Shown here: one piece after another, positions 1-9,656 of the stretch
Numbering within the stretch: the first letter of the stretch is position 1
Layout of the letters: each line of letters starts with the position of its first letter
Source: Planctopirus limnophila DSM 3776
Lineage (GTDB): Bacteria > Planctomycetota > Planctomycetia > Planctomycetales > Planctomycetaceae
Assembly: GCF_000092105.1 (NCBI RefSeq)
Contig: NC_014148.1
Coordinates: forward strand, 3,840,001 to 3,872,000
Direction of reading: 5' to 3'
Length of the DNA stretch: 32,000 nt
Notes under the pieces: model-generated
Databases searched by the model: none
Told to the model about the DNA's origin: nothing
Seen by the model: the letters and a program-made list of their open reading frames with translations, nothing else
Program-made: the position numbers and the translations under genes

Positions 1-1211
1 TCACCTCGACCGAACCACTTCCCGTGGCCACAAAACATGCCGTCACGGAAACCTATCTGCTCGAACAGTTGGGACGCCTTGGGCATACCCCTTTCGCGAT
101 ACGTGATCTCTCTGCCGAGATTGTGGGCGGCCCGATGGTTCCCATGAGCCTGCTTTCCAAAGTCAGGCAGGAACTCATCCGCCAACTCCTCGAAGCTCTG
201 GCCATTCCGGAAACTCGTACAGCAGCCACCCAGCCCATTCTCACCACCTGGCGCCAGCATCTGCAGCAATCGCGCATCGAAAGCCTCGTTCCCGAAGAGA
301 ATTCGACAACAGCAAATCAAACTCTACTCCCGCAACTTTTCGTCATGGTCCGTCAGCCCGCGCAACTGGAGCATCTCGTTCCCACTGAGCTGGAGCTCCC
401 TGGCCAGGCACAACTTGGTGGCGTATATGTCGACTTCGCAGATATTCGCGAGTACCGCCAGGCTGCTGACTGGGGACGCGCTCATGGAGTGAAGGTCTGG
501 CTGGCCACGCCGCGCATTCAGAAGCCGGGTGAATACCCCATTTTTGCCGCGATGGCCAAACATGCTCCCGCTGGTTTTCTGGTACGAAATCTCGCGGGAA
601 TTGATTACTGCACTCGTAAAAACATTCCCTTCGTAATCGATTTCTCGCTCAATTGCGCGAACGAACTGACAGCCGAGTACCTGGAAGGCTTTGGCCCTGA
701 AAGACTGACCCTTTCCTACGATCTCAACCGTGAACAACTTCTCGATCTCGTGCGTGCCGCCCGGCCGCAACGACTCGAAGTCGTCATTCACCAGCAGATG
801 CCCATGTTCCATATGGAGCATTGTGTCTTCTGTGCTGTCCTTTCGCCGGGAACCAATAAAACGAACTGCGGCCGCCCTTGTGACAACCACTTTGTCGAGC
901 TGCGTGATCGTGTGGGTATGCAACATCCCCTGACAGCCGATGTCGGTTGCCGGAACACGCTGTTCAATGCCCAGCCTCAAAGTGCTGCCGAGGTCGTTCC
1001 GGATCTGCTCGAGCATGGGGTGAGAAACTTCCGCCTCGAGTTTCTGAATCAGGATCGTCAAACCATCCGCCGAACGATCTGTGAATATCAGGCACTGCTC
1101 GATGGTCAAAGAAGAGGCCGCGAAGTCTGGCAATCGCTGAGCGCGATGAATCGCGTCGGTGTCACTCGTGGCACGCTCGAAGAACGTCGCAACCCACTGG
1201 CAATCCTGTAA
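1..1211 (+). CDS. U32-family peptidase, C-terminal portion (5' end lies outside the window)
   Basis: ORF 24..1211 has no in-frame stop back to nt 3, so it continues upstream. The translation carries U32-like segments (VWLATPRIQKPGE, FLVRNLAGIDY, EVVIHQQMPMFHMEHCVFCAVLSPGTNKTNCGRPC Cys cluster). The 300-aa antisense ORF 324..1226 is judged a shadow ORF. Confidence 0.7.
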   Translation, partial: TSTEPLPVATKHAVTETYLLEQLGRLGHTPFAIRDLSAEIVGGPMVPMSLLSKVRQELIRQLLEALAIPETRTAATQPILTTWRQHLQQSRIESLVPEENSTTANQTLLPQLFVMVRQPAQLEHLVPTELELPGQAQLGGVYVDFADIREYRQAADWGRAHGVKVWLATPRIQKPGEYPIFAAMAKHAPAGFLVRNLAGIDYCTRKNIPFVIDFSLNCANELTAEYLEGFGPERLTLSYDLNREQLLDLVRAARPQRLEVVIHQQMPMFHMEHCVFCAVLSPGTNKTNCGRPCDNHFVELRDRVGMQHPLTADVGCRNTLFNAQPQSAAEVVPDLLEHGVRNFRLEFLNQDRQTIRRTICEYQALLDGQRRGREVWQSLSAMNRVGVTRGTLEERRNPLAIL

Positions 1212-1224
1212 CAGGAAAACTGTC

Positions 1225-1677
1225 ATGGGTTCTGAGACCTCGCCCAGTCAACAAAACAGCACGAATCTGAATGCGCAACCTGGCAATAGCGAAACTACCG
1301 CTCGCTATTGCGGCATGACGCATGGCGATGCCTTGGTGGTTTTTGGATTGGCTCTTCTGCTGCTCGGCCTCGCGGGTGGGCGATTTGTGTGGCATGGAGT
1401 GTGGGGGAATCCACTGGTGCATGTCGAAACGCTCCAGGGAGAACCCATTCCGCTGAAGATCGACATTAACTCAGCGAACTGGATCGAGTTTTTGCAGTTA
1501 GATGGAATTGGCGAAACTCTGGCTCGTCGGATTGTGGCCGACCGTGACGAACGAGGCCCATTCCAGAGCGTTGACGATCTGGTTCGCGTCCGTGGCCTGG
1601 GCGAAAAAATGATCGAACGCTTTCGCCCCTACCTCACGTGCGAGCCTCGCCCAAAGTCATCCGTTAACGATCCCTGA
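1225..1677 (+). CDS. comEA: ComEA-like helix-hairpin-helix DNA-binding protein with an N-terminal membrane anchor
   Basis: C-terminal INSANWIEFLQLDGIGETLARRIVADRDERGPFQSVDDLVRVRGLGEKMIERF is the classic tandem HhH ComEA motif. A hydrophobic helix (ALVVFGLALLLLGLAGG) precedes it. I chose the ATG at 1225, 14 nt after the upstream stop, rather than the track start at 1159, which would overlap the U32 gene. Confidence 0.75.
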   Translation: MGSETSPSQQNSTNLNAQPGNSETTARYCGMTHGDALVVFGLALLLLGLAGGRFVWHGVWGNPLVHVETLQGEPIPLKIDINSANWIEFLQLDGIGETLARRIVADRDERGPFQSVDDLVRVRGLGEKMIERFRPYLTCEPRPKSSVNDP

Positions 1678-1947
1678 GAGTCTCGCCATTGGGCAGCAAA
1701 ATCTCACCTTCAGAGGTTGAGAAAACCAGATTTTTGCGAATACAGGGGGTTTGGCACAAATAGATAAACACGACTCGGCGGTTTTTGCAACTTTTACCAA
1801 AAAAACTGCCATTGACGCTCTTGCGGGCACGCTCGATGGGCGATATTTCCTTCATAAGTGAAGAAAGACTCGTCGCATCAGCGGCGTGTACCAAGGTCAA
1901 GATGATCCCGGTGCTTTCAAAGTCACTTTTGGCAAGGATGCCCGACC

Positions 1948-2349
1948 ATGAGCCGATTGCGTGTTTACTGGCCTGATGCTGTCAGCGATGCAGAAGAGTT
2001 GATTGTGCCCTTCACTCCGCTGCAGATGGATGTCGCTCCCGAGCGAACCACGCGGCGTCCTCAGCTGCCATCCCGTTCCAGTCGGTTTCCTCAGATGACC
2101 CTCCGCGCCCCTCATTTTCTGGCTGTGAGTGATTCGTACCCAACGCACGATGCCGTCAACAGCTCTGTGCTCGACCGTGCCCGCACGCTCTACCTGAACC
2201 GCTGCTGCCCCGATTGCTCCCATCCGATTGTCGAGCCCGTGGAACTCGACGACGCCATGGTCAATCGCAATGGCCAGCCCATCCCCGGGACAGCCACTCT
2301 CATAGGCTTCCGCTGCGATGCCTGCGACAACGAATGGCCCGCCCGATAA
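1948..2349 (+). CDS. hypothetical small Cys4 (zinc-ribbon-like) protein
   Basis: 133-aa ORF with an AAGGA about 11 nt upstream of the ATG. Its C-ending codon preference resembles the neighbouring genes. It has two Cys pairs (CCPDC ... CDACDNEW). No family recognised. Confidence 0.5.
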   Translation: MSRLRVYWPDAVSDAEELIVPFTPLQMDVAPERTTRRPQLPSRSSRFPQMTLRAPHFLAVSDSYPTHDAVNSSVLDRARTLYLNRCCPDCSHPIVEPVELDDAMVNRNGQPIPGTATLIGFRCDACDNEWPAR

Positions 2350-2391
2350 CAATTGATCAGCGATCGAAAATCGTTCCTGTCGGCTGACTCA

Positions 2392-4194
2392 TCACGATAC
2401 TGCTCCGGCCTCACCGGCCCATGCCGGCGGTGGAGCCATAAACTCCATCGTTGTTCGATCCACTGGATGCTGGAAACAAATGCGCCAGGCATGCAGACAC
2501 ATGACCTGCTCAGAATCCTTGGGTTCTGTCGCCAGTTCACCACTAGGCAGATAAAGCGGATCTCCCAGAATCGGTAGTCCCAAATGCCACAAGTGCACTC
2601 GGATCTGATTGGTCCGGCCAGTGATGGGCCGAACTTCCAACAGACTCGTTCCATCCTCCAGCCGCTGCACCAGTCGAAAGAGAGTACTCGCCTCGACTCC
2701 CCCCGATTCATCAATGTCGCGTGAACCCATCACACCGGCCACATCCGTCATCGGTGCATGGCATTCAAAACTCTCTTCGGCAGGCTCGCCTTGAACACGG
2801 GCCAGATAGACTTTTTCGACTTCCCGCCGGGAGAACTGTGGCTGCAAGCGCCCCGCCATGTGCCGCGTTCGTGACAACACCAGCACTCCCGTCGTCATCG
2901 CATCGAGCCGATGGGCCGCCCGTGGACTTTGCGGATCGTAAATCTGTGCCAGCAGGTACTGCAGCGTGTTGCGATGAAACCGGCCACTGGCATGCACCGG
3001 GAGTGGTGCCGGCTTGTTGATCACCACGATCGACTCGTCTTCATACAGCCAGCGAATATCGGCATTCACCGCTGGCTCAAGCGTGCCTGGCAAACGATGA
3101 ATGATCCGCTGGCCAGGTTGTACCGTCTCATCGAGCCGCATGGGCGCGAAGGTCTCGCTGAGCAGCCGACCTTCCGACTCCGCACTTTCCCACAAGCTCG
3201 CTTCCAGATGAGGCAGCACCTGCTGCAGGAATTCCCGCACAGTCAGCCCCGCATGCTTCTGCGACACCTGCAAAGGTCGATCATTCACATAAGGCACACA
3301 CCCGGGCAAGGGATCAATCAATCCCTGCAGCATTCGTTCACGTTCCCGCAGCCGGTCTTCCATTTCCTGGGCTGTCGTCTTGAAACAGTAAGGGCACGAC
3401 TGACCGATCACATAACGTGGATCGGCCTGTTCCTCCGGCACCAGTGGTGTCTGACACCTGAGACACTGCGTCGTCGATGATTCCTCCAGATTAGGATCAA
3501 CTCCCACCCGCTGATCAAAAACGAAACACTCCCCCTGATAGTGGGCACTGCCACACTCTTCAAAGTATTTCAGAATGCCGCCATCGAGCTGATAGACCTG
3601 CTCGTAACCTTCTTTTACGAAGAACGGGCCAGCCTTTTCGCAGCGAATCCCTCCCGTGCAGAACATGACCACGGGCTGCTTCTTGAGTTCCGGCGGCAGC
3701 TTCTGGCGCGACACCTCGGGAAAATCACGGAATGTCGCCAGATTGAGATCAATCGCGTTTTCGAATGTCCCGAGTTTCACCTCGTAATCGTTGCGTGTGT
3801 CGAGCAACGTCACCGGGCGGCCTTCATCCAGCCACGCCTTGAGCTCTTTGGGTGAAAGCTTGGGTGCGGGTTGCCGACTGGGGTCAATCTCCGGGAGCCC
3901 AAAGGCAATAATCTCCCGCTTGATCCGCACGAGCATCCGCGTGAAGGGTTGATGATCACTCGGGCTGTACTTGGCGGGCAAACCTTCCAACCCCGGGATC
4001 TTCCGCACCTCTTCGAGAAGTTCTGCCACTTTCTCCGGGAAGCCAGCGATGAACATATTGATCCCCTCAGTACTGAGGAGAATTGTCCCTTTCAGCTCCC
4101 GGGCATGGCAAAACGAAAGCAGCTTTTCCCGCAGGGGCTTCAAATCCGCCAACGGGGCAAAACGATAAGTCGAAATATTCGTGTAAACTGACAT
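2392..4194 (-). CDS. fusion protein: TrhO/YceA-type rhodanese tRNA U34 hydroxylase (N-terminal) plus RluA-family pseudouridine synthase (C-terminal)
   Basis: The N-terminal half matches the UPF0176/TrhO pattern (YTNISTYRF, LLSTEGINMFIAG, CTGGIRCEKA at nt 3631-3660, C-terminal Cys cluster). The C-terminal half has RluA motifs (HRLDAMTTG at about nt 2888-2913, TGRTNQIRVHL). The track ORF runs to 4263. I prefer the ATG at 4194 (MSVYTNIST...), so the start is uncertain. Confidence 0.85.
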   Translation of the reverse strand: MSVYTNISTYRFAPLADLKPLREKLLSFCHARELKGTILLSTEGINMFIAGFPEKVAELLEEVRKIPGLEGLPAKYSPSDHQPFTRMLVRIKREIIAFGLPEIDPSRQPAPKLSPKELKAWLDEGRPVTLLDTRNDYEVKLGTFENAIDLNLATFRDFPEVSRQKLPPELKKQPVVMFCTGGIRCEKAGPFFVKEGYEQVYQLDGGILKYFEECGSAHYQGECFVFDQRVGVDPNLEESSTTQCLRCQTPLVPEEQADPRYVIGQSCPYCFKTTAQEMEDRLRERERMLQGLIDPLPGCVPYVNDRPLQVSQKHAGLTVREFLQQVLPHLEASLWESAESEGRLLSETFAPMRLDETVQPGQRIIHRLPGTLEPAVNADIRWLYEDESIVVINKPAPLPVHASGRFHRNTLQYLLAQIYDPQSPRAAHRLDAMTTGVLVLSRTRHMAGRLQPQFSRREVEKVYLARVQGEPAEESFECHAPMTDVAGVMGSRDIDESGGVEASTLFRLVQRLEDGTSLLEVRPITGRTNQIRVHLWHLGLPILGDPLYLPSGELATEPKDSEQVMCLHAWRICFQHPVDRTTMEFMAPPPAWAGEAGAVS

Positions 4195-4318
4195 GCCAAC
4201 CAACAACTCAAACGGAAACTGACGACCCTGAGAAACCTCGAAACAGTCCATTGAATTTAACATGCCCGAGAGCCACTCACTATCGAACGAGTTTCACGGC
4301 ACATCAAAGGTTCTGATT

Positions 4319-5878
4319 ATGGAGCGGCAATTGGCATACTTCGCCTGGAGCCTGATCTTCTGTCTGATGGCAGGCATGTCCCTCGTCCAGCCCTGCCAAG
4401 CGGCCCACGAACCCTTCGGCATTCGCATGACCGACCGTGCGACTGGTCGCGGAATTCCTCTGGTGGAACTGACTTCCACCACTCACGAAAAGTGGTTCAC
4501 CGACAGTGCTGGCTGGGTGGTGATCGATCAACCCGATCTCATGGGGCGGGAACTTCACCTCACCATCGAGTCACCCGGTTATCTCGCTCCCAAAGATGGA
4601 TTTGGCTTCACGGGCCAGAGGGTCAAAGTTGAATCTGGCAAACAAGTGACGATATCACTCGAGCGCCAGCAACTGGCCGAAAGACTCTATCGCACCACGG
4701 GCCATGGCATTTTTCGAGCCGCTCGCAGACTGGAAATCCCTGATCTTCCCTCAGAACCAGCCGCAGCAGCCCGCATTGCCGGTTGCGACAGTGTGCTTGT
4801 CACCAGATATCGAAATCAGCTTCACTGGTTCTGGGGAGACACCCCTGTTCTCGAATATCCTCTCGGCAACTTTCATATGACGGGTGCCACCACACCTTTA
4901 CCATCGGAAGTACCGCCTCTCGATCAGCAGCCGCCATTTTATCACTACTTTGTCAAACCGGATGGTGCCGTCAAACCCATGATGCCCATGCCCGGAGATG
5001 GCCCCACCTGGATGGGTGGCTTATTCACCATTCGCGATACAAGCGGCCAGGAGCGTATGGTGGCCGGTTATTCCAAGATCAAAAGTGGTCTCGAATCGTA
5101 CCGCAGGGGGTTAGCCGTCTGGAACGATACTCAGAACCAGTTTGAACCACTTTGCGAATTTCCCGCGGGAAAATCGTTCTACCCGATCTCGCAACATCAT
5201 GTGCTGCAGACGACAATCGAACCTGAAGACGATCGCTATCTTTACTTCTGCCAGCCCTTCCCCCTCGTGCGAGTCCTGAAAAGCTGGGAAGCCATTCAAG
5301 CCATTGATCGCTACGAAAGCTATACCTGCGAAGCGGCCCACTCGACAGAAGAATCGCCCGCTTTGGATCGCGATGCCAACGGGCATTTGAAGTACGAGTG
5401 GAAACGCGGTTTTAAACCACTCACATCAGCTCGACTTCAACTATGGATCACACTGGGTTTGCTCAAAGAACAGGAAAGCCTCATCGCACTCACGGATCAT
5501 TTCACTGGTGAGCCCATCGAAGTTCATTATGGTTCAACGAGCTGGAACCCTTATCGCAAACAGTACATCACCATTTTCTCACAGCTTCATGGCAAGAAAT
5601 CAGAAGATCGGCCCGCCTCGACGCTGGGGAATGTCTGGTTGACCACAGCCCCTTCGCTCACCGGCCCCTGGAGCAAAGCGACCCTCCTGGCCACTCACGG
5701 TCCCTACTCCTTCTATAACCCCTTGCAACACCCGGAGTTTTCTGAGCAAAATGGCCGGATCATTTATTTCGAAGGGACATTCACCAAATCATTCTCCGGC
5801 TTGACCGAAAGCGTCCCACTCTACGAATACAACCAGCTGATGTATCGCGTCGATCTGGATGGCGTCAAAGCGGAATAA
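4319..5878 (+). CDS. secreted hypothetical protein (signal peptide; possible carboxypeptidase-regulatory-like N-terminal domain)
   Basis: 538-aa track ORF. The internal ATG at 4319 gives MERQLAYFAWSLIFCLMAGMSLVQPCQAAHEP, a typical signal peptide. The rest is globular with no confidently recognisable family. Confidence 0.7.
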   Translation: MERQLAYFAWSLIFCLMAGMSLVQPCQAAHEPFGIRMTDRATGRGIPLVELTSTTHEKWFTDSAGWVVIDQPDLMGRELHLTIESPGYLAPKDGFGFTGQRVKVESGKQVTISLERQQLAERLYRTTGHGIFRAARRLEIPDLPSEPAAAARIAGCDSVLVTRYRNQLHWFWGDTPVLEYPLGNFHMTGATTPLPSEVPPLDQQPPFYHYFVKPDGAVKPMMPMPGDGPTWMGGLFTIRDTSGQERMVAGYSKIKSGLESYRRGLAVWNDTQNQFEPLCEFPAGKSFYPISQHHVLQTTIEPEDDRYLYFCQPFPLVRVLKSWEAIQAIDRYESYTCEAAHSTEESPALDRDANGHLKYEWKRGFKPLTSARLQLWITLGLLKEQESLIALTDHFTGEPIEVHYGSTSWNPYRKQYITIFSQLHGKKSEDRPASTLGNVWLTTAPSLTGPWSKATLLATHGPYSFYNPLQHPEFSEQNGRIIYFEGTFTKSFSGLTESVPLYEYNQLMYRVDLDGVKAE

Positions 5879-5907
5879 CTTTGGATCCGACATGATCAAG
5901 CCAGTTA

Positions 5908-6402
5908 TTAGTCAGGCAGATTTTTCAGATCGAAGCCTTTATTCTTCAGGAATCCTGCGGCAACGTAGCATTCACGCACTTCCAGAAACATAAACAGATA
6001 TACCGGTGCAACGAGGCAGCAAGGTGAGAGAATCAAAGAAATCAACACCAGCAGCATGATCCAATACCCGCCTTGTATGGAAGCCCAAGGGTTGACTTCA
6101 AAACCCATTCGACTGATCAGCAGCCCCACCCCCAGCATAATCTGCCCGAATAGACAGGCCAATATCCCCACCGTTTCGGTATGAAACCAGACGTTCATCA
6201 GCAGAGAGGAAATGCTGAGGCCACTCAAACTCAGCACACACAGAAAAAGGAACGAAAACAATCCGATGTGAGATAACCCCACGAAAACACAGATCGCCTG
6301 TTTCCCCCAGAGTGCTTTACGGTAGACATACAACTCCGAAACGATGTGCGCATCCTCGGGGTCTTGATAATCAAGAAATTTTTCGACATCGTCCTGACCC
6401 AC
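5908..6402 (-). CDS. small multi-pass membrane protein, paralog A of a tandem pair
   Basis: 164 aa with about 4 hydrophobic helices. The C-terminal tail LSPCCLVAPVYLFMFLEVRECYVAAGFLKNKGFDLKNLPD is shared with the adjacent gene. Confidence 0.65.
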   Translation of the reverse strand: MGQDDVEKFLDYQDPEDAHIVSELYVYRKALWGKQAICVFVGLSHIGLFSFLFLCVLSLSGLSISSLLMNVWFHTETVGILACLFGQIMLGVGLLISRMGFEVNPWASIQGGYWIMLLVLISLILSPCCLVAPVYLFMFLEVRECYVAAGFLKNKGFDLKNLPD

Positions 6403-6436
6403 TCCTGTAGTCTTTCTATGATGCTGATCAGGCCCT

Positions 6437-6937
6437 TTAGTAATCAGGTAGATTCCTCAAATCAAAACCTTTGTTAACTAAAAAGCGCCCAGCCAGATAG
6501 CATTCACGGACTTCTAGAAACATAAACAGAAAGAATGGAGCCATGATACAACAGGGCGATAGAACCATCACGCTCATTAGAACAGCCATGCTCCAATAAC
6601 TGACCTGCAGTGAGTTCCATGGCTGGCTCTTAAAGCAGAATCGGCAAACGACAAGAGCAGCACCACAGGCAAACATCAGAGTCACATACCCGAGGAGAAT
6701 ACCGTCTTCTGGTCTCCTGAGAAGAGTCATCGAGAAACTTGCCACGCCCCTATTGATCAAATGCAAAGCGACAAATGTCAGTATATACAACGATGGCAAT
6801 AAGTGAATGACACCTGCAATGGAAGAGATCCAGAGTGTATTCCGGAGTGCCTTTCGATAGATAAATATCTGTGAGATCACTTCCGTTTTGACTGGGTCGC
6901 GATCGTCGAGACGATCTTCTGAACCTGAAGCAATCAT
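6437..6937 (-). CDS. small multi-pass membrane protein, paralog B of a tandem pair
   Basis: The track ORF 6437..7045 would overlap the HIT gene. The internal ATG at 6937 (MIASGSEDRLDDRDP...) gives 166 aa, colinear with paralog A. It has the same YRKAL N-terminal motif and the same C-terminal tail. Confidence 0.65.
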   Translation of the reverse strand: MIASGSEDRLDDRDPVKTEVISQIFIYRKALRNTLWISSIAGVIHLLPSLYILTFVALHLINRGVASFSMTLLRRPEDGILLGYVTLMFACGAALVVCRFCFKSQPWNSLQVSYWSMAVLMSVMVLSPCCIMAPFFLFMFLEVRECYLAGRFLVNKGFDLRNLPDY

Positions 6938-6962
6938 GTGGCCTGTTCCAACAGAGTGCTTA

Positions 6963-7370
<408 letters not shown>

Positions 7371-7485
7371 TCAGAAACCTGATCGCCAGAGCAGAACGGC
7401 CATTTGCCAGATCTGTGAAATTTTCGCGATGGCTGAATCCACCAATTGACAGCAGCATCAGAAATGAACATCTTCGTTAAAGATC

Positions 7486-9462
7486 ATGCAGAATGATTAT
7501 TTGCACGCACTCATGCCCGAGAGAATGATTATGGCTTCCACACGATCCTCCTGGTTCCGGCGGCATCTGGCCACACGGCTTTGTTTCACACTTTGTCTAT
7601 CGGTTGTCATCATGGGCAACTCTTTACTGGCCCATCCGGATCTCGAAGAAGATGGCCTGCTGACACATTTTGTGGTTGGTGGTCATCGTATTGAAAATGG
7701 CCGTGTCGAAGACCAGACCCATTCGGCCAAAGCCACGCTTGTCGGTAAACCCCAGCCGGTCACCATCGGCCCAGCCGAGGGGTTAGTCTTCAATGGAAAA
7801 GACGAGTACCTGCTGATTGCCGAGAATGTGGCAGCGGCTGGCAAGCTGCTCCCCAAAAAAGAAATGACTGTCTCGGCCTGGGTGAACCTCAAATCGATAG
7901 GCCAATGGGGAGCCATTGCCGGCTGCCTCGAAGATACTGGCAATTACGAGAAGGGCTGGCTCCTGGGCTACGAAAATGGAAAATTCTCCTTCGCCCTCGC
8001 CAGTAAAGGGAGTGATGACGGCAATGGCCTGATGACCTATCTGACAGCCAAAGAATCCATCGAACTGGGCCGCTGGTACCACATTGCCGGATCCTACGAT
8101 GGCCAGACGATGAAGCTCTACGTCAATGGCAAGCTGGCTGGTGAATCCAAAGCACAATCTGGTGAGATCCTCTATGAACCCAAGTCAGCTTATGTGATCG
8201 GGGCTTACAAGGATTCCAACGAATTTCACGGCTGGGAGGGCGCTTTTCAGGAAGTGAAAGTCTACAGCCGGGTGCTACCTGCCAACGACTTTGCAGCGGT
8301 CGCCAAAAAGAACGAGAACCTGATCAACTGGAACCCTCCCAATAACACCAAGCTCGAATTTCTCGTGAAGCCTTACCTGCAGCATGTGACTTCCACATCG
8401 ATTGTGGTCATGTGCGAAACATCGCGACCGGCCATCACAAAGGTCAACTTTGCCTTACGCCAGCCAATCACTTTGAAGGCCGCCAGCGAAACGTTATCGC
8501 TGATTCAGGAAGTCCCTCTCAAGGATCTATCGCCCGGGTCGATCTACTACTATCAGGTGCAGTGCGAATCTCCCGATGGTCAATCGATCCAAAGTGAAAT
8601 TTACAGCTTTCAGACAGCCTTTGGAGCTGACCGCCCCTGGGCCTTCGGGATTGTGGGTGATACCCAGCGCAACCCGGTCATTACAGCAGCCTGTGCCGAC
8701 GGACTCTATGCACTCCGGCCCAACTTCGTCATTCACTGCGGCGATGTCGTCGATAATGGCTTTGCCAAAAACCAGTGGATCAAAGACCTGTTCGAACCCG
8801 CCCACAATCTCATGGCACACACGGTCGTCTTCCCCACGATTGGCAATCACGAACAGAATGCCCACTGGTACTACGATTACTTCAGCCTTCCCAAGCCCGA
8901 ATACTATTACACCTTCACCTATGGCAATGCCCAGTTTTTCATGATCGATTCCAACAAGCCTCTCGATCCTGGGTCGGAACAGTATCTCTGGCTCGAGAAA
9001 GAACTGGCGAAGTCGAAAGCCACCTGGAAGTTCACCTGCCACCATCATCCCTGCTTCACCAGCGATTCGGACGATTATGGAAACCTGACAACTGGCGCTG
9101 GCGAAAGGCAACCCACCTACGGCGACCGCAATGCCCAGAAACTCATTCCGCTCTATGAGAAGTATGGTGTAGACATCGCATGGAATGGGCACATTCACGT
9201 ATACGAACGTACCTGGCCCATCTACCAGATGACCATCAATCAGAAAAAAGGGGTTCGCTACATCACCAGTGGCGGCGGTGGCGGTCATCTCGAACAAGCC
9301 GCTGCCCAGCGTGCCTGGTTCAGCCTCCACTTCAAACGAGCTTACCATTACTGCTATGTCACGGCCTTCGAGAACACCATTCAGTTCAAAGCCTACGACA
9401 CCGAAGGACGATTGTTCGACACCTTCGAACTCACCAAAGACCAGCCAGCCCCAAAGCCATAA
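7486..9462 (+). CDS. secreted LamG/concanavalin-like domain plus purple-acid-phosphatase-type metallophosphoesterase
   Basis: Signal-like N-terminus. LamG-type segment (LVFNGKDEYLLI ... MTVSAWVNL ... WYHIAGSYDG ... KLYVNGKL). The calcineurin-like motifs follow in order: GDTQRN, CGDVVDNG, GNHE, HHHP, GHIHVYER. The start could instead be ATG 7525 or 7531. Confidence 0.85.
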   Translation: MQNDYLHALMPERMIMASTRSSWFRRHLATRLCFTLCLSVVIMGNSLLAHPDLEEDGLLTHFVVGGHRIENGRVEDQTHSAKATLVGKPQPVTIGPAEGLVFNGKDEYLLIAENVAAAGKLLPKKEMTVSAWVNLKSIGQWGAIAGCLEDTGNYEKGWLLGYENGKFSFALASKGSDDGNGLMTYLTAKESIELGRWYHIAGSYDGQTMKLYVNGKLAGESKAQSGEILYEPKSAYVIGAYKDSNEFHGWEGAFQEVKVYSRVLPANDFAAVAKKNENLINWNPPNNTKLEFLVKPYLQHVTSTSIVVMCETSRPAITKVNFALRQPITLKAASETLSLIQEVPLKDLSPGSIYYYQVQCESPDGQSIQSEIYSFQTAFGADRPWAFGIVGDTQRNPVITAACADGLYALRPNFVIHCGDVVDNGFAKNQWIKDLFEPAHNLMAHTVVFPTIGNHEQNAHWYYDYFSLPKPEYYYTFTYGNAQFFMIDSNKPLDPGSEQYLWLEKELAKSKATWKFTCHHHPCFTSDSDDYGNLTTGAGERQPTYGDRNAQKLIPLYEKYGVDIAWNGHIHVYERTWPIYQMTINQKKGVRYITSGGGGGHLEQAAAQRAWFSLHFKRAYHYCYVTAFENTIQFKAYDTEGRLFDTFELTKDQPAPKP

Positions 9463-9656
9463 AAACCACTGATCACCAGTTCAAACCTCGCCCAGCGGAT
9501 TGGTCCTTTTGATTTCTACGGCTTTGTCATGAGGCCGTATTGAAAGACATTGAGGAAGATCCTCGCCAGATTTTCACTTGAATGATTATTCAAGTGTGAA
9601 ACAATAAGCGAGGGTAAGTTGCCCCGGTCGAACGGTTGTGATTGCTGGGAATCCTC

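Noticed and set aside
324-1226. 300-aa ORF antisense to the U32 peptidase gene
   Set aside because: The plus frame has recognisable U32 motifs and the antisense product has none. Its composition is typical of an antisense shadow.
1812-1847. Sigma70-like promoter (TTGACG ... GATATT) upstream of the small Cys4 gene
   Set aside because: The spacing between the two hexamers is about 24 nt, far from the 16-18 nt optimum.
8527-9348. 273-aa ORF antisense to the LamG-metallophosphoesterase gene
   Set aside because: The plus frame contains the full ordered set of metallophosphoesterase motifs. The antisense product is featureless.
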